A DNA stretch of 64,000 nucleotides from assembly GCF_006345805.1 (NCBI RefSeq), contig NC_043003.1, positions 98,952,001 to 99,016,000 of the forward strand, written 5' to 3'. A program made the translations under genes and the position numbers. A model generated the notes under the pieces. It saw nothing but the letters and a program-made list of their open reading frames with translations, did no database searches and was not told where the DNA came from. The DNA comes from Octopus sinensis (taxonomy: Eukaryota). Below, in pieces: positions 55,796 through 64,000 of the stretch (its first letter is position 1; each line of letters starts with the position of its first letter).

Positions 55796-57155
55796 CGCAC
55801 CTGCGCAAAAGAGTGGTAGCGGAAATCCGCTTCTATTAGGAATATATTATAAACTAAGTGACCATCGGTCACTGATTTACAACAAGCAAAGTAGCTGTTC
55901 CTTTATCTCTCCCTTGATCTCTGATATCATCTAACAAATGTCACCAAGATAGCTTTACTCTGCTAGAAATAGCAACCCAGATGCTTTTAAATCAGACCCC
56001 AATGCTGGATATTCAAGAGCCAAATGAAGGGTAGATTTTCGATCCTGAGATTACACTGATTCTTAAAACGTAGAATATGTCTATGTAGAGCAAATATAAA
56101 CTGCGATTCAGGGGTCCCAGATGGACAGACAGAATTTCACTTTTATTATTATAGACGTAACTGAATGATATATTTTCTTCTATCTTTGTCTAAAAAATGA
56201 TGTATTGTTGAAGTAATACTGATTAAACATTCATTTTTGTCATATTAGTGTAGTCTTTATGGTGTGCTACCGTTTAGTGAAGCTGACTTCTGGTTCATAC
56301 ACTATCACTTCTGTATTGTGCATAACGGGTCATGTTGGCATGCACTGGTGTTTCTACAGAAGGACCTAGTTTCTGTTAACTTTGTTGACTTGGTGTGTTA
56401 TAATGTTTTTCATGTTGTGGATACAGCTGTAGTTCGCTTTTAGATAGTATTTGTTAAATCTTAAGTTTTCTGATGTAGTTGGTCAACTAGGAAATGCTCA
56501 TTTGTCAGGCTGAGGAAATATCTAAGATAAAATGACTTAGATATTAAGAGAAAAATATAATTTTAGCCTGATGGTATATAGGATCTATTCTTAATACTAG
56601 AAGGCGGGTTAGGGTATTTATAATCATATCTTTCGACATCGTAATAAAGGCTCATCTCCTCCACTCGTTAGGCTCACGTGATTCGGTCAGTTTTTGTTTG
56701 AGTAGTGTCCGAGCAAAACTGAGACTGATTTAAGGTAACAGGAAGGTTAACAGTTACAGTCAAAGGGAGACGAAAGGCAAAATGGTGTTGTGCGCGAATT
56801 AGGCGACATAGACGTAAAGTTTAATGTTCCTTCTAGATGCTTCTATGGCTTTTAAACAGCTTGCCAAATTCAATGAACTTAGCAGGAACATAACTTAACA
56901 CACATAACTGCGACTCAGGAAACATTTAATTGCTCATAACACAGTAAACATAGCACTCGGTAACAACTGATGCCTAATATTTCGCTGTTATTTGCTCTGT
57001 AAACAATTTTGCACAATAATTTTACTAACACGCATCACTGCTTTACTGACTGATAACTACAGTATATCACTTTCACAAATATATTTCCTATAAAGATATT
57101 ACTTTTAGTTGACAGTTGAAATGATATATATACATATGTATATATACATACTATA

Positions 57156-57202
<47 letters not shown>

Positions 57203-57453
57203 TATATATATACACACACACACACACATGCGGATGTATTATGTATGTAAGGTATGTATAAACTTTTCCGTTTAGGCATCATCTTAACCTCTCACTATCT
57301 CCCTACCTCTATCAGATTAGTCATGAATTTGATAATGTATTTCTGCATAAAGTATGTATGTGTACAATGTGTGAATATATATTATTAATGGATACATGCA
57401 TATATATATATTTATATAGATGTATGTGAGTGTGTGTGTAGATAGATAGATAG

Positions 57454-57504
<51 letters not shown>

Positions 57505-57835
57505 CATATATATATACATAAATGTATATAAATTAATATATGCGTGTGTATGTGTGTGCGTGCGTCTCTGTGTGTGTGTTTGTGCGTGTGTGTATGTGTG
57601 TATGTGTGTGTGTACAAGAGTGAAATCAATTTTCATTTTTATTTCACGGATCTTTATTTTTTTTTACACACAAATCGAGAGGACCCCTGGGGTGTCAGTG
57701 TACTCTCTGTTTGCGGAACACTGCTCCTGAAATAACCCTATATTGTATATTTAAAGTAAACCATAAATATGATATACATACATCCATATAGAAACAAATA
57801 TATACATACATACATTATAATATATATATATAATA

Positions 57836-57884
<49 letters not shown>

Positions 57885-58247
57885 GATATATGTGTGTGTG
57901 TGTACATATATTTATATTACACACATTATATATACATACATATATATATATATATATTTGTATATATATATACATACACACTGTAAGAATATAGGTTGAG
58001 TTTAAAAATATTTTTCTGAATGATTTAACACATCATGAACCAAAGGCACGTTCAAAACTTAAGAAACGATTGTTGCATGCAGGATTCATTTTTCGTATAC
58101 ATTGCACAGATCTAAATGATTATTCGTATAACGTACTTGGAGTATATATGTGTGTATAAAAATATGAATAGGTATATCCACTACAGATGATTCCAACGAT
58201 TTTTTTATTGATTAATGAGTACATTAATATCTTAAAAAACCTGAATT

Positions 58248-58279
<32 letters not shown>

Positions 58280-58482
58280 ATATATATTATATATAATATA
58301 TATTATATACACACATATATATATATATATAAAATATAATCTATATATATATTATACACCACACACACACACACCACACACATATATATATATATATATA
58401 TAATTATATATATATATATATATATTATTATATACATATATATTATATACATAATATATATTTATTTTATATTATATATATG

Positions 58483-58521
<39 letters not shown>

Positions 58522-58700
58522 TCTTTTATCCTTTTATTTGTGTCAGTCTATGATGCGGCCATGCTGGATCACCGCCTTTGTATATACATATACATACATG
58601 TGTGTTTGTGTGTGTGTGTTTTGAGGTTTTGAGGTGTGTGCTTATGTCTATGCGTATATGCGTGTTCATGTGTGTGTAGGGAGGGGTGCTACTGATTTTC

Positions 58701-58782
<82 letters not shown>

Positions 58783-59788
58783 GTGTGTTTGTGTGCGTGT
58801 GTGTGTGTTACGAAAACAGGGATAAAGATTAATAATGCCCCGCACGTGCCTATATTTTTTCAGTTACAGTTTATGTTCCATTATTGTCAACTGATCTGAT
58901 GATGAGAATTTTACGATGAATTAAACGTAATAAGATACAAGCCTTAGATTCAGAGGTATTTTATCATGATTGATCAAAAATATGCTAACGTTTCAAATAT
59001 TCAGCAAAACTATGTTGGATATCCTGTGGTTTCGAGACATATTGCGCATTTATTTGATTGATTACTCTATTAATAAGGGGTATAGGTTTTTAACACGCTT
59101 GTATGCATACATATATATACGCACGTAATACATATAGGTAAATACTCATACATACACTTTCAAACAAGCACGTTCACTTACATATATATATAAACAAATA
59201 TACGTATACTCACACATATGCACACATAAGCACACATTCATACATACATACATACATACATACACATCAACATACATACATACATACATACATACATACA
59301 TACATACATACATACACACACACAAAGATGAACGCGATCACACATACACACACATACAGGTGTGTGTTTGTGCGTGTGTTCTTGCCACGGTCATTGAATT
59401 TTCGAAGCTGTTTGAGAGCCGAAAATTATACTTAGGTAATTTAGTATTTTCATTTATTTTGAAAACTTTTTACCCTTCTCTTACACACACTTAGCTAAAG
59501 AAGAACCCGAAGCCTTATATTCTCTCCCTTTTATGACATTAAAACTTATTAAACATTTCTATGAACTGCTCTTACTTAGGTCATCACCTGTTTCCTCATA
59601 TATATATATATATATTATATATATATATATATATATACGTTATAGATTTATGTATTTATATATATATATTAATATACGTATAAGATTTATGTATGTAATA
59701 TATATAATATATATATATATATAGATAATATATATATATATTATATATATTATATATATATATATATAATATATATATATAATTTATT

Positions 59789-59831
<43 letters not shown>

Positions 59832-59832
59832 A

Positions 59833-60962
59833 CAGGGTATGTCGTCAGCTTTGGAGAGCACCATTTTCAAGAGTTTAACTTTCGCCTAATTTTGGAGTTT
59901 GTTGTTATTTTCAGATATTTATTGTCAAACATCAGGCTGACTCAGCAAATGCAAAAGCACTTTGAAATCGTTTGTAGAAAGTTTGAAAAATGCATGCACA
60001 AGATCCTAATACCATGAGAAAATATAACTTTGTACATAAAGTCCAAGAAGTAATCGATAAAAGCACCGGAAAGTCAATCAGAGCTATTGCAAATGACCTC
60101 AACATTTCTGAATACACTACCACGAGAGTTGTGCATGGTGAAATCCAGTGCAAGTCAGTTGTAACAAGAGAGAACCATTCGATCTGCACAATGCGTCTGC
60201 TAAACAAGTTAAAACACCAAGAGGTTGGAACGCTTAGGTTTTTCTGAGAAAAAAATCGATCAGGATTTAAATATAAAGCGAAGGAAAGACAGGTGGTTAT
60301 GTAGAGACTCGAATGAGTTCCCAATGATCATGCATATTAATTTCCAAGCATCTCTGATAGTTCTGTGATTCGTCAGCAACTGAGATGTCATCCCTCCTCA
60401 CTTCTTTTGACAAGACGTAAGAGTCAATACCGCTGTCTAGACAAAGGTGTCGGAGAAGGTTTTGAGGCCCTGGGTAGGCAGAGTACGCAACGGAAGACTG
60501 GACGTTTTTCAACAAGGACTTGCGCCATTTCATACGGCTGACAACTCAGGCGTGGATGCATGTCGATCACTATGGTCATATTCTCTCCGATGCATGGCCT
60601 CCTAACTCACCAGAACTTAATCCACTGGACTATTACGTATGGCGTGAAGTTGAGAGAGAAGTCAATGAAAATCGACATAATACCTAACCCTAACCCTAAC
60701 CCTAACCCTAACCTATTTCTCCAGTCGCGATAACCATCACTATGTCCAAAATTGATAAAGATCGTCTGAATTGGGTATATCAATGCTTCAGGCCCAATAC
60801 AGAAGCAGCTATTGATGCTAACGGTGGATTTATTGAATAGGTGTGATAAAAAGATTATCAAGATTATTTGGACACATTTGTTTTCAAATACAGCTTTTCT
60901 TTGATGAGCTATACATCATCTTCTAAATTCATAGTACTGACCACAAAAACATGACGCACCCT
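59833..60962 (+). mobile_element. Degenerate DD37D/maT-like transposon, same type as 23998-25180
   Basis: KSIRAIANDLNISEYT HTH; TFFNKD..PFHTA; AWPPNSPELNPLDYYVWREVEREVN; EAAIDANGGFIE*; imperfect TIRs cagggt..gtc.t / atgacgcaccct. Confidence 0.8.
60683..60713. repeat. Interstitial telomeric repeat (CCTAAC)5, i.e. (TTAGGG)n on the minus strand
   Basis: Five exact hexamers inside the transposase relic. Confidence 0.9.
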
Positions 60963-62157
60963 TCACATATATACGTATATAAACATATTAATATATATAT
61001 ATATATATATATATATAGATATATATATATATAATAATATATATATATATATAATACAAAATGGGACAAGAACGCAAAACTACCGGACAACTAGGTGATA
61101 AAAATGGGACAACAAAACATCCAGATAGACGATACAAAAAAGCAAGGACGGGTCATTCGAAGCTTTCTATCTTCAGTCAAGAACCGGATCATCCTCGCAA
61201 TTTCGGCCGGCCCCAGAACACGTATGTATAGAAAGTATGTATGTATTCATATAAATACACCACCAAGAAAGATTTTTCAGACTGATTCTGTCTAACGATA
61301 GACTTTTACATGCTTTTCCTTAGTACGAAGATTGCTCGAGAATTGCTATCTATTTCTGCTTATATAAGGCTAATCTGCTACTTATAGTGTTCCGACTGAT
61401 GAGATGAGAAAATTGGTATCAATCTTCTACATACTCCCGGATTTAATAGCGTGTTTCAATTTCTATTATGCAGCGACGGACCGGCGACCCGTCTAGCAGG
61501 GAATAGATACGCCACAGAAACCGACAAAGCGACCCTATTCACCTATTGCCTGGTAAGAGCCTTTCATAAATTTTTTATGTTTATATATTTATATGCTCAT
61601 ATGTATATATGCGTATGTATTTGTATATGTATATTAAGATATATGTATCGAAACACACACAGAAGCTCATGCACACACATACACACACAAACACACACAC
61701 ATAACACCACATCTATATTTACATAGACAGATATATCAATAATTTCCTTAGAAAATAGTCCACAGAGTGAATTGCATTTAAAAGGCAGTACCAGAGAAAG
61801 GTGACAGTAAAAGTATGAAAGAGAAATACTAGAATATCATATTATGCAATAGTTTTTCATAATATACCAAAGATGGGATTCATAGATTTTTGTTAGTCCG
61901 AGAGAGAAACAGAGAAATGTTTAGAATGTGAGGATTGTGAGAGCTGATCATTTACGCTTATTTGAAAACAGCTGTTTATATATTTACATCAAGACTTGCT
62001 GTTGACCCTAGAGGTTTTAATGGCGGGCTGTTATTTTAGCTCAGTGATGTTAGTTTGACATGACAAGTGTTCAGTTCGTATGCGTAGTTATCGAATTAAC
62101 GTTTTTTGATTGTCACTGCACACATATGTGTTTCAAGTTTTCTATACGTCTGCATAT

Positions 62158-62191
<34 letters not shown>

Positions 62192-62412
62192 GCACACAGA
62201 CATACACACACACATATGCATATATATATTTATATATATATATACATAAATATCAAACATGTACATATATGTGTGAGTGTGCGGGTGGATGTGAGTATAA
62301 GCATATAATATTATATCCCTGTACACGATATATTATACATATACGTATACATATGCATATGTTTGTATGTGATTGCGTCTGTGCATGTATAATATACGTA
62401 AGTAAAATTTAA

Positions 62413-62461
<49 letters not shown>

Positions 62462-62650
62462 ATGTATATACACATATATATATATACAATATATATATAC
62501 ATATATACATATATATATACATGTATATACATATATACATATATATACATTTATATGTACATATATATAATATATATATATCATAATATATATATATATA
62601 TATGCATGTATGTAGTATATATATGTATGTATGTATGCGTATATACATAC

Positions 62651-62718
<68 letters not shown>

Positions 62719-63039
62719 ATGTTTATGCATGTTTATACGTAGGTGTATTTGTGTGTATATGTGTATGTGAAAGCTTTATAATTTTAGAATATCCAATATT
62801 TTTTGTCGGAAAATCTTAAATATCCTCTATACTAAATAAAAAATTATATTTTATATTTTGATAACGATCTTAATGATGTGTATTATCGTAATACCAATAT
62901 CTGCAGATATTCATATACTGCTATCTACTTCTTATGGATTTGGTCGGTGGTTGTCGGAGAAGTGTCATGAGCGCATTACATTCGCCAGCGAGTGAAGTAG
63001 AGATGCATTAGTGCATATATACACATTGACTCATGCACA

Positions 63040-63835
63040 CATCGCCTTCGACGACTTTGCAGCATCTATTCTGATTTCGAATCCAATTCCAAAACGATGC
63101 AATAGTCTTTTTCTAATTCGAGGGTATCCTTCTTCAGTTGTTGACCCGGCACTCCACCGAGCCCAAGCCATCAACCACACCGCAACTCTCCTACCATTTT
63201 CAAGCATTTCCACCAACCGTATGCCACTCTCTCTCACCTACCACCCGTCCATACACCCTCTAAAGCACAAACTCACCCACAAATTTTAAGTTCTTTTTCT
63301 GACCCAACAGCCGCCCCTATCTTTACCACACCGCCTCTCCTCTATTTTAAAAGAGATAGGTGTCTTAGAAAATCTTCTTGTTAGAAACTTCACAGCTCCC
63401 AGCTCCGCACAACCAGGAAACTTTAAGTGTTCTAGCCGACGATGTAACACATGCTCCTACATCAACAATATTACCACCACCACGGGGCCCAAGAGGCAAT
63501 ATCACATAACACACCACTTCTGTTGCATTTCGGCGAATCTCATATATTGCATCGTATGCAAACTCTGCAGTACTCGTTACATTGGAGAAACAGGGCAACG
63601 CCTTTGGGATCGCTCTCGCGAACACATCAGAACCTTAATTCTTCGTATGTCAGGCCAACCCGTCGCCACCTACTTCAACACTGTGAACCATTCTATTGCA
63701 GACTAATCAATGTGTGGTATGGCCTTGCACCACGGATCCCCTTCTCCAAGAAACGAAAGGAACCCCGTCTCATATTTGATCATGGCACTACGTTCCCAAT
63801 AGGTATGAATGAACGCTTTTCCTTTTATCCTTTCA
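63040..63835 (+). pseudogene. Penelope-like element (Neptune-type) thumb, linker and GIY-YIG endonuclease remnant
   Basis: RGYPSSVV...LSLTYHPSI...FKRDRCL...GTLSVL/RRCNTCSYINN...GPK...NLIYCIVCKLCSTRYIGETGQRLWDRSREH...RLIFDHGTTFPIGMNERFSF across frameshifts; pyrimidine-rich 3' flank. Confidence 0.88.
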
Positions 63836-64000
63836 CCTCCTCTTAATTCTTTTTTACCCTTTCTAATCCTCCTTTCACATTCTCTCTGCAACATTACTGT
63901 ACTTACTTACCTCTACTCTCTCTATCACCTTTTTCCTTCTCCTTTCTGCACGCCTTCTCCAATAACTTTTGTTTTACATTAGCAGCCCGTGTCATTCTGC

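Overview
Eukaryotic, very AT-rich, microsatellite-saturated DNA. The SINE repertoire and repeat style suggest an octopod cephalopod such as Octopus (inference). I find no confidently supported host protein-coding gene; most listed ORFs are read-throughs of (TA)n/(CA)n/(TACA)n or triplet repeats. The window is a mosaic of mobile DNA: tRNA-derived SINEs (three with TSDs), Tc1/mariner/DD37D-type transposon relics, two non-autonomous Helitrons, L1/Tx1-like and RTE-like LINE relics, and Penelope-like element (PLE) fragments with GIY-YIG motifs. The main unannotated signal is a dense set of type I hammerhead ribozyme (HHR) motifs from at least 7 unrelated short elements, mostly in (TA)n tracts. These include a 430-bp tandem dimer with one HHR per unit (retrozyme-like), fold-back elements with one HHR per arm, HHRs with very long stem II, and core variants at the 3-8 pair (C-G, U-A, G-C). 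All structures were read by eye and none is experimentally validated.
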